Numbered from the stretch's first letter, positions 28,558 to 38,360 are shown. The stretch: 64,000 bases of DNA from Acidobacteriota bacterium (GCA_022616665.1 JAKEFJ010000028.1:14492-78491); one strand, 5' to 3'. A program made the numbers and translations. Notes: generated by a model not told the origin, from the letters alone.

Positions 28558-30353
28558 GTCCGGAACAACCCACTCCCGAGGAGCAGGACGCGGTCAATTC
28601 ACTCCTCGGTCCCGAAATCTCCTCCTCTGCGGAAAAATTGGGGCGCCATCGCCTGCTGCCTGCGCTCTGGGCGGTCCAGTCGCGGGTCGGCTGGGTGAGC
28701 GAAGGGGCGTTGAACTATGTCTGTCACCGGCTGGATGTTGCCCCCGCCGATGCTTACGGCGTGGCCAGCTTTTACCGGCTGCTCTCTTTGACACCCCGCC
28801 CACTCACTCTGGCTCACATCTGCGAAGATCTGGCTTGCCGGATGAAGGGGTCCGAAGACCTTTGCCAGGAGGTGGAGAAGCACCTGGGTCCATCCGCCCC
28901 CGCCCATCAGCCAGGAATGGCCCCCTGGCAGAAAAGCGCCTGTCTGGGACAGTGCGATCGTGCACCCGCCATTCTGGTGACCCGAAGCGGAAGAATCTCA
29001 CAGGATCTGATTTTGGGTGAGGCGGATTTGGCGCAGCTGCTCGCTACCCTCAGCGGGCGATCTCTCTCTCCCCCGCCGGCGGCAGCCAAGAGCATCCCGC
29101 AGCTGGGCGAGAAGGGCCTCAGACTTCTACGCCGGGTGGGACGGATCGACCCGACGAATCTCGTCGATTATCGAGCTCAGGGAGGCTACCGAGCCCTGGC
29201 GCGGGCGCTGCAGATAGGAAGCGAGGGGGTGATTCGCGAAGTGAGGGATTCGGGGCTTCTGGGGCGCGGAGGCGCTGCATTTCCCACGGCCAGGAAATGG
29301 GAGGCGGTGGCGAAGGCCCCGAGGCGCCCGCACTACCTGGTATGCAACGCCGACGAGTCGGAACCGGGCACGTTCAAGGATCGAGTCCTGCTGGAGGAGG
29401 ACCCCTTCAACCTGATCGAGGCGATGAGCATCGCCGCCTTCGCGACCGGATGCGAGCGCGGTTACGTTTACCTTCGTGGGGAATACCCCTTGGCCAAACA
29501 GCGGCTCGAAAACGCCATGGACCAGGCGCGAGCCGCCGGGTTGCTCGGAGAGCGGATCCTCTCTGCCGAGTGTTCCTTCGAGTTGGAGATCCGAAAAGGC
29601 GCCGGTGCCTATATTTGCGGCGAGGAGACGGCGCTATTCAACTCCATCGAGGGGTTTCGGGGTGAGCCTCGCAGCAAGCCCCCCTTCCCGGTTACCGCGG
29701 GGCTCTTCGGGATGCCCACCGTCATCAACAACGTGGAGACTTTTGCCAACATCCCCGACATCGTCCTGGACGGGGGCGCTGATTTCGCCTCGCGCGGGAC
29801 CAAGGATTCGACCGGAACGCGGCTCTTTTGCCTTTCCGGCAGCGTCCTGCAGCCGGGACTCTACGAAGTACCCCTGGGAACGACTCTCGGGGCTCTGCTC
29901 GAGAGGGCCGGCGGGGTTCCTGAGAATCGGTCGCTGCGCGGCATTCTCCTGGGAGGAGCCGCGGGGAGCTTTGTGGGACCGGGCGATTCGGGGCTTCCCC
30001 TTTCCTTTGAAGCCACCCGGGCTGCCGGCGCGACACTGGGCTCCGGCGCCGTCATGGTTTTCGACGACTCGGTGGATCTCAAGGACGTGCTCCTGCGCAT
30101 CGCCGCATTCTTTCGGGAAGAGTCGTGCGGGCAGTGCGTCCCTTGCCGGGTTGGAACGATCCGGCAGGAGGAGGCTCTGCAGCGGATTCTGAGTCGAGGC
30201 GCCGCTCCCGCGAGCCGGGAGGAATTGCTGGCGTTGTCGGAGATCGCCCAGGCCATGCGTGATGCTTCCATCTGCGGGCTGGGCCAGACGGCGGGAGCGG
30301 CCGTGCAGTCAGGCCTGACTCGCTTCGTGCTTCCAGCGGGAGGAGAGGAGTGA
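28542..30353 (+). CDS. NuoE-NuoF fusion (FdsG-FdsB-like): NAD(H)-binding FMN/Fe-S flavoprotein subunit of NAD-dependent formate dehydrogenase
   Basis: N-terminal thioredoxin-like 2Fe-2S NuoE region. NuoF core (GRGGAAFPT..KW, CNADESEPGTFKDR, ESCGQCVPCR). Confidence 0.85.
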   Translation: MDIRLSPEQPTPEEQDAVNSLLGPEISSSAEKLGRHRLLPALWAVQSRVGWVSEGALNYVCHRLDVAPADAYGVASFYRLLSLTPRPLTLAHICEDLACRMKGSEDLCQEVEKHLGPSAPAHQPGMAPWQKSACLGQCDRAPAILVTRSGRISQDLILGEADLAQLLATLSGRSLSPPPAAAKSIPQLGEKGLRLLRRVGRIDPTNLVDYRAQGGYRALARALQIGSEGVIREVRDSGLLGRGGAAFPTARKWEAVAKAPRRPHYLVCNADESEPGTFKDRVLLEEDPFNLIEAMSIAAFATGCERGYVYLRGEYPLAKQRLENAMDQARAAGLLGERILSAECSFELEIRKGAGAYICGEETALFNSIEGFRGEPRSKPPFPVTAGLFGMPTVINNVETFANIPDIVLDGGADFASRGTKDSTGTRLFCLSGSVLQPGLYEVPLGTTLGALLERAGGVPENRSLRGILLGGAAGSFVGPGDSGLPLSFEATRAAGATLGSGAVMVFDDSVDLKDVLLRIAAFFREESCGQCVPCRVGTIRQEEALQRILSRGAAPASREELLALSEIAQAMRDASICGLGQTAGAAVQSGLTRFVLPAGGEE

Positions 30354-31222
30354 GTTCGAGGAAGCCGGTTCAGAACGTGGAGATCACGATTGACGGCCAA
30401 CTCCGGCAGGTGCCGCAGGAAAGCACGTTGGTCCAGGCGTGTCAGGATGCCGGGATAGACGTCCCGACTCTTTGCTTCCTGCAGGGGATGACGCCGGCGA
30501 ACGCCTGCCGAATCTGCGTGGTGGAGCTGGAGGGCTCCCGGGTGCTGGTCCCCGCCTGCTCGCGACAGGTGGAGAGGGGAATGATCGTCCATACCGAAAG
30601 CGAGCGGGTGAGGCTGGCCCGGCGCCTGGTGATGGAATTCCTGGCCTCCTCGGTGGATCTTTCCCTCTCGGAGACGGCGCAGGAGTACGCGCGGCGCTAC
30701 GGGGCGCACCCCGAGCGCTTCGAGGCGGGGGTCGGGCCTCCTCCCGCCACCGTGGCGCAGAGCGTCAAGGTGGACAACGATCTGTACGTTCGCGACTTGT
30801 CGCGCTGCATCCTCTGTTACCGCTGTGTGGATGCGTGCGGGGAAGAAGCCCAGAACACGTTTGCCATCTCCGTGGCCGGGCGCGGATTCGACGCCCGCAT
30901 CGCTACCCAATTCGATCACCCCCTACCCGACTCCGCTTGTGTCTTCTGCGGTAATTGCATCGGTGTCTGCCCTACCGGCGCGCTCATGTTCAAGAGCGAG
31001 CACGACCTGCGCAAACAGGGAAGGTGGGACGAGTCCTCCCAGGCCCTGACCGAGACCATCTGCCCCTATTGCGGAGTGGGATGCGCTCTCACTCTGCACG
31101 TCCAGGACAATCGCATCGTGAAGGTCACCTCCCCCCCGGACAACTCCGTAACCCGGGGACACCTCTGCATCAAGGGTCGTTTCGGCTTTGAGTTTGTCCA
31201 GGAGTCGGAAGAGAAGTCCTGA
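30350..31222 (+). CDS. Fe-S N-terminal portion of formate dehydrogenase alpha / NuoG-like subunit (2Fe-2S + 4Fe-4S ferredoxin domains + first MopB 4Fe-4S motif)
   Basis: N-terminal plant-type 2Fe-2S ferredoxin domain, 4Fe-4S dicluster (CILCYRCVDAC, CVFCGNCIGVCP), then CPYCGVGCAL...LCIKGRFGFEF. This is the segment that precedes the catalytic domain in FdhF/FdsA. Confidence 0.8.
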   Translation: MSSRKPVQNVEITIDGQLRQVPQESTLVQACQDAGIDVPTLCFLQGMTPANACRICVVELEGSRVLVPACSRQVERGMIVHTESERVRLARRLVMEFLASSVDLSLSETAQEYARRYGAHPERFEAGVGPPPATVAQSVKVDNDLYVRDLSRCILCYRCVDACGEEAQNTFAISVAGRGFDARIATQFDHPLPDSACVFCGNCIGVCPTGALMFKSEHDLRKQGRWDESSQALTETICPYCGVGCALTLHVQDNRIVKVTSPPDNSVTRGHLCIKGRFGFEFVQESEEKS

Positions 31223-31987
31223 TCAGATTCGGCCGGATTGCACGGGGTTCGTCAGCGTGCCGATCCCTTCAATGGTGATCTCCACCGTATCGCCGTCAGC
31301 CAGCGCTCCGATGCCCGCCGGCGTGCCGGTGGCGATGATGTCGCCCGGGAGGAGGGTCATGACACGGGAGACGAACGAAACCAGGAAGGCGGGTGAGAAA
31401 ATCAGCTCTCGAGTGCGTGAGCTCTGGCGGATGGAGCCATTGACCCTCGCCTCAATGCCGAGATCCGAGATATCCAGCTCCGTCTCGATCCAGGGGCCCA
31501 GCGGCGCAAACGTATCAAACCCCTTGGCGCGGGTGAACTGCACATCCCTGTCCTGCAGCTCCCTGGCGGTCACGTCGTTGAAGCAGGTGTAACCCAGAAT
31601 CACCTCTCCCGCGTTCGCCACCGGTAGATTCTTTGCTGTGCGACCGATGACGATCGCCAGTTCGGCCTCGTGATCCACCCGTCCCATCCCCGGTGGCAGC
31701 AGGATGGGGTCCCCCGGCGCCAGCAGCGAAGAAGGAGGCTTCAGAAAAAGGAGCGGCTCGAGTGGAAGCGGCTTGCCGCGCTCGTGGGCGTGGTCTTTGT
31801 AGTTAAGTCCAATCCCCACGATCTTGCCCGGAGCGCAGGGTGAGAGAAGCTTGGCGCCCACCAGGGGACGTGAGGGACCCTCCTGGCGGATCTCTGCGGG
31901 AAAATCGTCATGAAACGGCCAGAGGCGATCTCCGTCCAGCCTGCCGGCGATCGGTTTGCCCTGGATGAAATAACGGGCCATCCGCAT
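31223..31987 (-). CDS. Fumarylacetoacetate hydrolase (FAH) family protein
   Basis: FAH-fold motifs (IVGIGLNYKDHA, GYTCFNDVTARELQ, GDIIATGTPAGIG). Start at the ATG with a GGAGG RBS (MRMARYF...). Confidence 0.8.
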   Translation of the reverse strand: MRMARYFIQGKPIAGRLDGDRLWPFHDDFPAEIRQEGPSRPLVGAKLLSPCAPGKIVGIGLNYKDHAHERGKPLPLEPLLFLKPPSSLLAPGDPILLPPGMGRVDHEAELAIVIGRTAKNLPVANAGEVILGYTCFNDVTARELQDRDVQFTRAKGFDTFAPLGPWIETELDISDLGIEARVNGSIRQSSRTRELIFSPAFLVSFVSRVMTLLPGDIIATGTPAGIGALADGDTVEITIEGIGTLTNPVQSGRI

Positions 31988-32053
31988 GACACTGACCTCC
32001 GAGGGTGCCGCATCTATACCAGAGGCCGCGCCGCATCGCAAGAATGGCGAGGA

Positions 32054-33571
32054 TCAGGAATGGTGGTCGCGGACGAAGACGAAAAAGCATGATCCAGACG
32101 AGCCGAAGAGCCCCTCTCTCTTGCCAGGAACCACGCCGGCGAGGTGGTACCCCTTGCCGCTCCACTGCTTGAGCAGGTCTTCAATCTGCTGGGCACCGTT
32201 CCCATCCAGCCTCTCCCCCTCTACCCGGACCACTCGAAAATCCGCTTTGGCGCGCTTCCCGGTGTTCGGGGAGGATGTGGAGATTTCTCTGACAGCGCCA
32301 GATTCGGTACCGACCGCCCCTTCCTTGTTTCCGGCGGGAGCCGGTCGCGAGGTCAACGAAGGACCGCCGGAGCTGGAACCCTTGGGAGCTTTCTCTTTCG
32401 CCAGTTTTCCCTCTGCCGGAGAATCCGTAATCACCGGCGCCACCTGGGCGACGGCCTCCAATGGCTCGCCGGCCGCGGGGTCTTTTTTGACTGCTGCCTG
32501 CTCCACGCCCGGCATTTTGAGAATGACGGTTTGCGCCCCCACTTCCGTTCCCATCCTCGCCCTTTCCTTGCCAATCTCGATCTCAAGATTCAGCTCCTCG
32601 GAGATCTGGACCGGCAGTGCGGCTTCCCGAGGCGTTGGATCCGGGGGAGTACGAGAGTGAACCACCTTGACGGGGGCCGCCGCCTGGATCTTTTCCTTGG
32701 GCTGCGCCGCGCGCACGGGAGGAGAACTGGGAGGCGTGATCTGCGGGCCATCCGAAGCGCCTGGAATCAGAGAGTCCCTGGCGGCGGATTTCTCGTTCTG
32801 CGCAGGCGCCTGGTACGGTAGGACCACTCCCAGGACCCGGAACGCGAAAAAAAGCTGGTAGACACGCAGGGTGGACAGCCCAGACTCCAACGCGGCCTGC
32901 TCCATGGTGGTCGGCTTCGCCTGCAACAAACTCAGGAGCTTTTTCTCTTCTCCCCCGAGGGTCACCTCGCGCAGCGCCTCTTGATGATCTTGGGATAGGC
33001 GGTACGGGAGCCTGATTTCCCCGGCCCCCTTGCGGAGAACCGACCATTTCTGCACCTGCCTGAGCCCAGACAGGAAAATCTCTGCGGTGGAGAGGCGCAG
33101 GGTGATGACCTCTCCCGAAGGGAACGGGCCCGCTTCGAACCGGTACATCCCCTCGGTCCAGGAGAAGAGAGAGAACAGGATCTCCTTCACTTGCTCCCGA
33201 ACCCATCGCGGCAGATCTTCGGCCGGGAGGATCCCCATCTCCACCAGCACCGTTCCCAAGCGCTTCCCCGGACCCACCTGGAGAGCGGCCTCCTCCAGTT
33301 GCCGACGATGGATCACCTCTCGGGTCAACAGCATTTCGCCGAGGCGATCGTCAGGATCTCTCGACGCAGCGAACACGATGTTCCCGCCCTGCAGATAGAC
33401 CGATTTTTCCGCGCCCCCGCCGGTGAGGCGGAGCGCGCCAGTCTCCCGGTTGCGGCAAAGCTCCGCCAGGATCTCGCAAAAACCGATTTCTGCCAGGTTT
33501 CCTTCGCGGGACGGGGAAGTCTCCAGGGTCGCCCTCCAAATGGGCGATGGAACCCCTTCGAAGAGTTCCAT
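32054..33571 (-). CDS. DUF4388 (PATAN-like) N-terminal domain protein with long Pro/Ala-rich linker and DUF4177-like C-terminus
   Basis: N-terminal GNLAEIGFCEILAELCRNRETGALRL matches the DUF4388 start. A low-complexity middle follows. C-terminal FRVVRVEG...GKGYHLAGVV. The start is uncertain (MELFEG...). Confidence 0.55.
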   Translation of the reverse strand: MELFEGVPSPIWRATLETSPSREGNLAEIGFCEILAELCRNRETGALRLTGGGAEKSVYLQGGNIVFAASRDPDDRLGEMLLTREVIHRRQLEEAALQVGPGKRLGTVLVEMGILPAEDLPRWVREQVKEILFSLFSWTEGMYRFEAGPFPSGEVITLRLSTAEIFLSGLRQVQKWSVLRKGAGEIRLPYRLSQDHQEALREVTLGGEEKKLLSLLQAKPTTMEQAALESGLSTLRVYQLFFAFRVLGVVLPYQAPAQNEKSAARDSLIPGASDGPQITPPSSPPVRAAQPKEKIQAAAPVKVVHSRTPPDPTPREAALPVQISEELNLEIEIGKERARMGTEVGAQTVILKMPGVEQAAVKKDPAAGEPLEAVAQVAPVITDSPAEGKLAKEKAPKGSSSGGPSLTSRPAPAGNKEGAVGTESGAVREISTSSPNTGKRAKADFRVVRVEGERLDGNGAQQIEDLLKQWSGKGYHLAGVVPGKREGLFGSSGSCFFVFVRDHHS

Positions 33572-33881
33572 CCGCGGGCAATATAGGTTCCAGGCGGGGG
33601 AAGTCAATCCTGGAATTCCCTCTAAGCCTCTGTCTTCCAAGGAATAGGGATGTCCGCTTCCGAATTGAACCGTCACTGGGAATGACCGAGAATGGCTTGA
33701 CGCCGTTCACTTCGGTCGCTAGAGTGCCCTGGAAAACAAATTCCGTGAAACGCCTTTTCGGCAGATGCAGGAGAGCCCCTAGCACAATGAACGAATCCTC
33801 ATCGAGCCACGCACGGGTGATCCTTCGCCTGCGGCCCGCCCGTTCCAGCTGCTGAATCATGCTGATTGACTGAGAGAGGTC

Positions 33882-35147
33882 TTGCAGACTGGAGACGCAT
33901 CTTTGAAACCGCTCCGCATCGCCATTCTGGGCGCCGGGCCAATTGGACTGGAAGCGGCCCTCTACGCCGCCACCCTCGGGCACGAAGTCACGGTGCTGGA
34001 GAAGGGGCGAGTTGGCGAGAATCTCACTCGGTGGGGACATGTCACTCTGTTTTCTCCCTGGAGGATGAACCACACGCCTCTGGGGAAGCGGGTGCTTGAA
34101 GGCACCGGGGTTCGGCACTGGCCAGCCGACGAATCCTATCAAACCGGCTTTGAACTGCTTCGCAGCTACCTTCTTCCCCTGTCGGTATCCCCTCCTCTTC
34201 GCAACCGCATCCTCGAACAGCACCAGGTACTCGCCATCGGGAAGGACCATTTGCTGAAGGGAGAGAAGATCGCCAATGCCTCGAGGCTCGATTCTCCCTT
34301 CCGAATCCTGGCTCGGAACCCCTCAGGCGAGAGACTCTTCCGGGCCGACAGGATCTTGGACACCACCGGAACTTATGGCTGCCCCAACCGGCTCGGGTCC
34401 GGGGGGATCCCCGCGACCGGGGAAACTGCCGCCCACGACAGGGTTTCCTATGAGCTGGACGACCCTTTGGGCCGCGACCGCGAGCGGTACGCCGGGAAAC
34501 GCACGCTCCTGGTGGGATGCGGTTATTCGGCCGCCACTTCCATGAAGGCGATGCGCCGGCTGGCAGAGGAAGCCACCGGGACGAGCGTGCTTTGGGTCAC
34601 CCGCAGCACCGAGAATCATCCCTACCCGATTCTGCTGGACGATCCGCTTCCAGGTCGCGCTGCCCTGGTCGAGGAGGCCAATCGCATCGCTTCCGGAGGG
34701 GCCGGCGGCATCCAGCGGCTTCCCGGACGGGAGGTCGAATCGATCCGGCCGCTTGAAGATGGATCTCTGGAGGTTCATCTCGGCTCTGCCAAAGGAGAAG
34801 AGCGCCACCTCGTGGACCGGATTCTTGCGAATGTGGGATACCAGCCGGACCGAGCGCTCTACGCGGAGCTGCAGATCCACGAGTGCTATGCCTCTTCCGG
34901 CCCCATGAAGCTTGCAGCCGCTCTGTTGTCTCAGGGGACCGCGGATTGCCTTTCCGTGGGCGGCCAGGGCGCCGAGGCCCTTCTCAATCCCGAGCCCGGC
35001 TTTTTCATTCTCGGATCCAAGAGCTACGGGAGGAACTCCACCTTCCTGCTCCGCGCCGGTTTCGAGCAAGTGAGAGACGCCTTCCGGCTCATCCAGGGCC
35101 GGAGCGACCTGGATCTTTTCGTTTCCACCGAGACCATTCCGGCATGA
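33882..35147 (+). CDS. FAD/NAD(P)-binding oxidoreductase (flavin monooxygenase / pyridine nucleotide-disulfide oxidoreductase-like)
   Basis: N-terminal dinucleotide-binding motif (RIAILGAGPIGLEAAL) and a second Rossmann motif (LLVGCGYSAATS). Confidence 0.7.
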   Translation: MQTGDASLKPLRIAILGAGPIGLEAALYAATLGHEVTVLEKGRVGENLTRWGHVTLFSPWRMNHTPLGKRVLEGTGVRHWPADESYQTGFELLRSYLLPLSVSPPLRNRILEQHQVLAIGKDHLLKGEKIANASRLDSPFRILARNPSGERLFRADRILDTTGTYGCPNRLGSGGIPATGETAAHDRVSYELDDPLGRDRERYAGKRTLLVGCGYSAATSMKAMRRLAEEATGTSVLWVTRSTENHPYPILLDDPLPGRAALVEEANRIASGGAGGIQRLPGREVESIRPLEDGSLEVHLGSAKGEERHLVDRILANVGYQPDRALYAELQIHECYASSGPMKLAAALLSQGTADCLSVGGQGAEALLNPEPGFFILGSKSYGRNSTFLLRAGFEQVRDAFRLIQGRSDLDLFVSTETIPA

Positions 35148-36016
35148 CCGAGAGCCAGCCCGAGAGCTTTCCCTCGGTTCCCCTGCTGGCACTGGACACC
35201 CTTTGGTTTCAGGTAGCGGGAACGGTTTGCAATCTGCGTTGCACCCATTGTTTTATCGCCTGCTCTCCCCACAACCATAGCCACGCCATGCTCACGCTTG
35301 AGACGGTGCGCCGCTACTTGAAAGAGGCGGAAGAGCTTGGGGTGCGGGAGTATTACTTCACGGGCGGGGAGCCCTTCATGAACCGCGAGATGCTCCCGAT
35401 TCTGGAGGAGACGCTTCAGCTGGGTCCGGCCACCGTCCTTACCAATGGGTTGCTTCTCGACCCCAGACGCTGCGCAAAGCTGAAGGCGCTGGAGCGCAGC
35501 TCCGAGTACTCCCTGGACGTGCGAATCAGCGTGGACGGGTGGGGGCCCGGGGATCATGATCGAATCCGTGGGATGGGGACCTTCAACCGCGCGATGATGG
35601 GAGTGCGTCGACTCTGGGAGGCGGGGCTGAATCCCGTTCTGACCGTCACCGAGCTGGCGGAGGGGGTTGCCTCTCCCTCGGGCCGGGAGCGCTTCATGGA
35701 ACAGCTTCGCTGCGTGGGAATCTCCAAGCCGCGCTTGAAAGTTCTCTCCCTGTTCCGGATGGGAGCCGAGGAGCGCCGGGAGCGAGGTTACCAGCCCTGG
35801 GAGCGCCTGGAACCGGGCACGACGGTGGATCCGGAGAAACTGCAGTGCGGGAGCGGCCGCATGGTCACCAGCCAGGGAGTCTACGTCTGTCCCATCCTGA
35901 TCGATTTCCCCACCGCGCGGATGGGCCAGACTCTCCGTGAAACGCTGCGGCCATTCCAGCTGGCCTATCCCGCCTGCTACACCTGCCATGTGCTGGGTGT
36001 GACTTGCCGAACATGA
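35144..36016 (+). CDS. Radical SAM protein with C-terminal SPASM/twitch-like Cys cluster
   Basis: CNLRCTHCF (CxxxCxxC). Glycine-rich SAM motif (YYFTGGEPF). C-terminal Cys set (C..13..C...CYTCHVLGVTC). The ATGA overlap with the upstream gene indicates coupling. Confidence 0.75.
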   Translation: MTESQPESFPSVPLLALDTLWFQVAGTVCNLRCTHCFIACSPHNHSHAMLTLETVRRYLKEAEELGVREYYFTGGEPFMNREMLPILEETLQLGPATVLTNGLLLDPRRCAKLKALERSSEYSLDVRISVDGWGPGDHDRIRGMGTFNRAMMGVRRLWEAGLNPVLTVTELAEGVASPSGRERFMEQLRCVGISKPRLKVLSLFRMGAEERRERGYQPWERLEPGTTVDPEKLQCGSGRMVTSQGVYVCPILIDFPTARMGQTLRETLRPFQLAYPACYTCHVLGVTCRT

Positions 36017-36807
36017 GGAGCGCCGTGACAGAGAGGATTGCGGTATTCGGAGGGGTTTACAGCAACTATCTGGCCCTGGTGGCGGCCTGCCGCGACGCGC
36101 TTGCCCGGGGTGCACAGAGCCTCTATTGCCTGGGTGATTTGGGAGCCTTCGGTCCGCACCCTGAGCGGGTTTTCCCCATCCTGGAGAGCTACCGTGTCAC
36201 GACCATCCTGGGTAACTATGAAGAGTCCCTCTCCTCCGGGCGCGCCGACTGCAACTGCGGATACACCGACCCGAGGGACAACCATTTCGCTCAGATTTCC
36301 TATGACTACACCAACCGGAACACTTCGGACTCCGCCAAGAAATGGATGGCCACCCTCCCCGCAATGCTGCGTCTCGAATTCGGAGGTCGCAAGGTCCTGA
36401 TGGCCCACGGCTCTCCCCGCCGAATCAACGAATTCCTCTGGTATTCCACCTCTCCGGTCGCCTTTCTCTCCCGCATGCTCGGGGAGCATCGGACGGAACT
36501 TCTCCTGGTGACCCACACGGGGCTGCATTGGCGACGCAGCCTGCCGGGGGGCCGGGACGTGGTCAACGTGGGCGCCATCGGCCGACCTCCCAACAACGGG
36601 AGGACCGCGGTCTATTACACCCTGCTGACGCATCGAGACGGTTTGGAGGTGGAGTTCGTGCCGGTGGTTTACGATTTCGAGCGGCTGGCGCGGGAGATGA
36701 GAGCGGAGAGGCTCCCCGAAGAGTTTGTCGAGACGATCCTGACTGGTTGGTGGACGACCTGCCTGGAGATCCTTCCGGCCAAGGAAAGGGCCGCCGGCCG
36801 CTTCTGA
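36013..36807 (+). CDS. Calcineurin-like metallophosphoesterase
   Basis: Motifs GD(x)GAFGP, GNYE and HTGLHW (GDXHG/GNHE/GHTH class). The ATGA overlap with the rSAM stop indicates coupling. Confidence 0.75.
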   Translation: MRSAVTERIAVFGGVYSNYLALVAACRDALARGAQSLYCLGDLGAFGPHPERVFPILESYRVTTILGNYEESLSSGRADCNCGYTDPRDNHFAQISYDYTNRNTSDSAKKWMATLPAMLRLEFGGRKVLMAHGSPRRINEFLWYSTSPVAFLSRMLGEHRTELLLVTHTGLHWRRSLPGGRDVVNVGAIGRPPNNGRTAVYYTLLTHRDGLEVEFVPVVYDFERLAREMRAERLPEEFVETILTGWWTTCLEILPAKERAAGRF

Positions 36808-36825
36808 GCTGGCGAGGTCGAGGAG

Positions 36826-37386
36826 TTACTTGGCCCGCTCCAGGTACTTTCCCTCGGCGGTATCCACACGAATGGTCTCCCCTTCCGAGATGAACTGAGG
36901 AACCTGAACCACCAATCCGGTCTCGAGAGTGGCCGGTTTGCCGGAATTGGTGGCAGTCGCTCCCTTCAATCCGGGATCGGTTGCCACTACTTTGAGGTCG
37001 ACCGTGAGGGGCATCTCTATCCCCACGGGGTTTCCCTCATTGAGCTCCATCTGAATCTTGATGTTCGGAGTCAGATAGAAAACATTGTCTCCCAGGAGCT
37101 CCTCCGTCAGGGAAAACTGCTCGTACGATTCAGTGTTCATGAAGTGGTATCCATCGTTGTCTTTGTAGAGGAACTCCACCTCGTGCTGCTCGAGGCTGGC
37201 CCGCTCCACTCGATCTTCCGATCGGAACCGATACTCCAGGCTGTTGCCGGTCTTCAAATTGCGGAGTTTGACCTGGACCATGCCGCGCCAGTTACCCGGC
37301 GTGATGTGCTGAACCTTCATCACCCGACAGAGGTTTCCCTCATGCAGAATGGCCATTCCGGTGCGTAGTTGTGTGGCAGGGATCAT
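36826..37386 (-). CDS. efp: Elongation factor P
   Basis: The EF-P KOW domain and two OB domains are recognisable across the whole length (e.g. ...GKPATLETGLVVQVPQFI). Confidence 0.9.
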   Translation of the reverse strand: MIPATQLRTGMAILHEGNLCRVMKVQHITPGNWRGMVQVKLRNLKTGNSLEYRFRSEDRVERASLEQHEVEFLYKDNDGYHFMNTESYEQFSLTEELLGDNVFYLTPNIKIQMELNEGNPVGIEMPLTVDLKVVATDPGLKGATATNSGKPATLETGLVVQVPQFISEGETIRVDTAEGKYLERAK

Positions 37387-37507
37387 CCGGTCCCGTCTCC
37401 TGGCATCCACTCGTGGGCGAGGAAAGATGCATTATAGCGGGAGCCCCGTGATGGCGCAATGCCATTGTTGACAGGGCCCTGCAGAGGGACCTAGACTCAC
37501 CCCCGTC

Positions 37508-38359
37508 GTGAAGCAGCCCTCCAGAACCCAAGATTTTCCCATCCGGCTTTCCATCCATGCGGGCCTCACGGAGTCCCTACTGGTAGATTTTCTGCGCCTG
37601 GAGATACTGCGCACGGACCGGCGTCGCGCCGTGATTGGGGTGTCTGGAGGGATCGATTCGGCGGTGGTGCTGGCCCTGGCTGTCAGGGCCCTTGGGTCTG
37701 AGTCGGTGCTGGGTGCGGTGCTCCCCTACCGGGCGAGTCATTCTTCCGGCACCCGGGACGCGGAGAGGGTCCTTGATCTCTTTGGAGTTCGGCGCGTGGA
37801 GAAGGACATCTCCCCCATGGTGGATGCCTATTTCTCAAGCTGCCCCGCGGCGGATCGGCTTCGCCGGGGCAACAAGATGGCCCGCGAGAGGATGTCCATT
37901 CTTTACGATCTCTCCGCCTCCGAACGGGCCCTGGTCCTCGGCACGAGCAACAAGACGGAGCTGCTCTTGGGGTACGGCACCCTTCATGGGGATTTGGCCT
38001 GCGCTCTGAATCCCTTGGGAGATCTCTACAAGACTCAGGTCCGCCAGCTTGCCCGCCACCTGGGCCTTCCTTCCCGGGTCCTCCGGAAGGCCCCCAGCGC
38101 CGGCTTTTATCCCGGACAGACGGATGAAACGGAGATCGGGTTTTCCTACAGCCGCCTGGATCGCCTTCTTTACCTTCTCGTGGACCTGCGCGGCCCTCAG
38201 AAAGTGGCGGTGCGCGCCGGCTTTCCCAGGAAAATGGTCCGCCAAGTCACCGAGATGATCCGGCGCTCCCAGTATAAGCGGCGCATGCCGCTCATTGCGA
38301 AGGTCTCGCAGCGCACCATCGGAGTGGATTTCCGTTACCCCAGGGACTGGGGGACGTAG
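37508..38359 (+). CDS. nadE: NH3-dependent NAD+ synthetase
   Basis: PP-loop SGGIDS motif. A possible TTGACA-N18-TAGACT promoter lies upstream at about 37470. Confidence 0.8.
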   Translation: MKQPSRTQDFPIRLSIHAGLTESLLVDFLRLEILRTDRRRAVIGVSGGIDSAVVLALAVRALGSESVLGAVLPYRASHSSGTRDAERVLDLFGVRRVEKDISPMVDAYFSSCPAADRLRRGNKMARERMSILYDLSASERALVLGTSNKTELLLGYGTLHGDLACALNPLGDLYKTQVRQLARHLGLPSRVLRKAPSAGFYPGQTDETEIGFSYSRLDRLLYLLVDLRGPQKVAVRAGFPRKMVRQVTEMIRRSQYKRRMPLIAKVSQRTIGVDFRYPRDWGT

Positions 38360-38360
38360 C

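Noticed and set aside
29861-30919. 352-aa minus ORF spanning the nuoF-like/FdsA-N junction
   Set aside because: Antisense shadow ORF. Both sense genes have clear Fe-S and NuoF motifs.
35024-36633. Minus-strand ORFs 35024-36115 and 35977-36633 antisense to the rSAM/phosphoesterase genes
   Set aside because: No motifs. The sense frames carry CxxxCxxC and metallophosphoesterase motifs with ATGA coupling.
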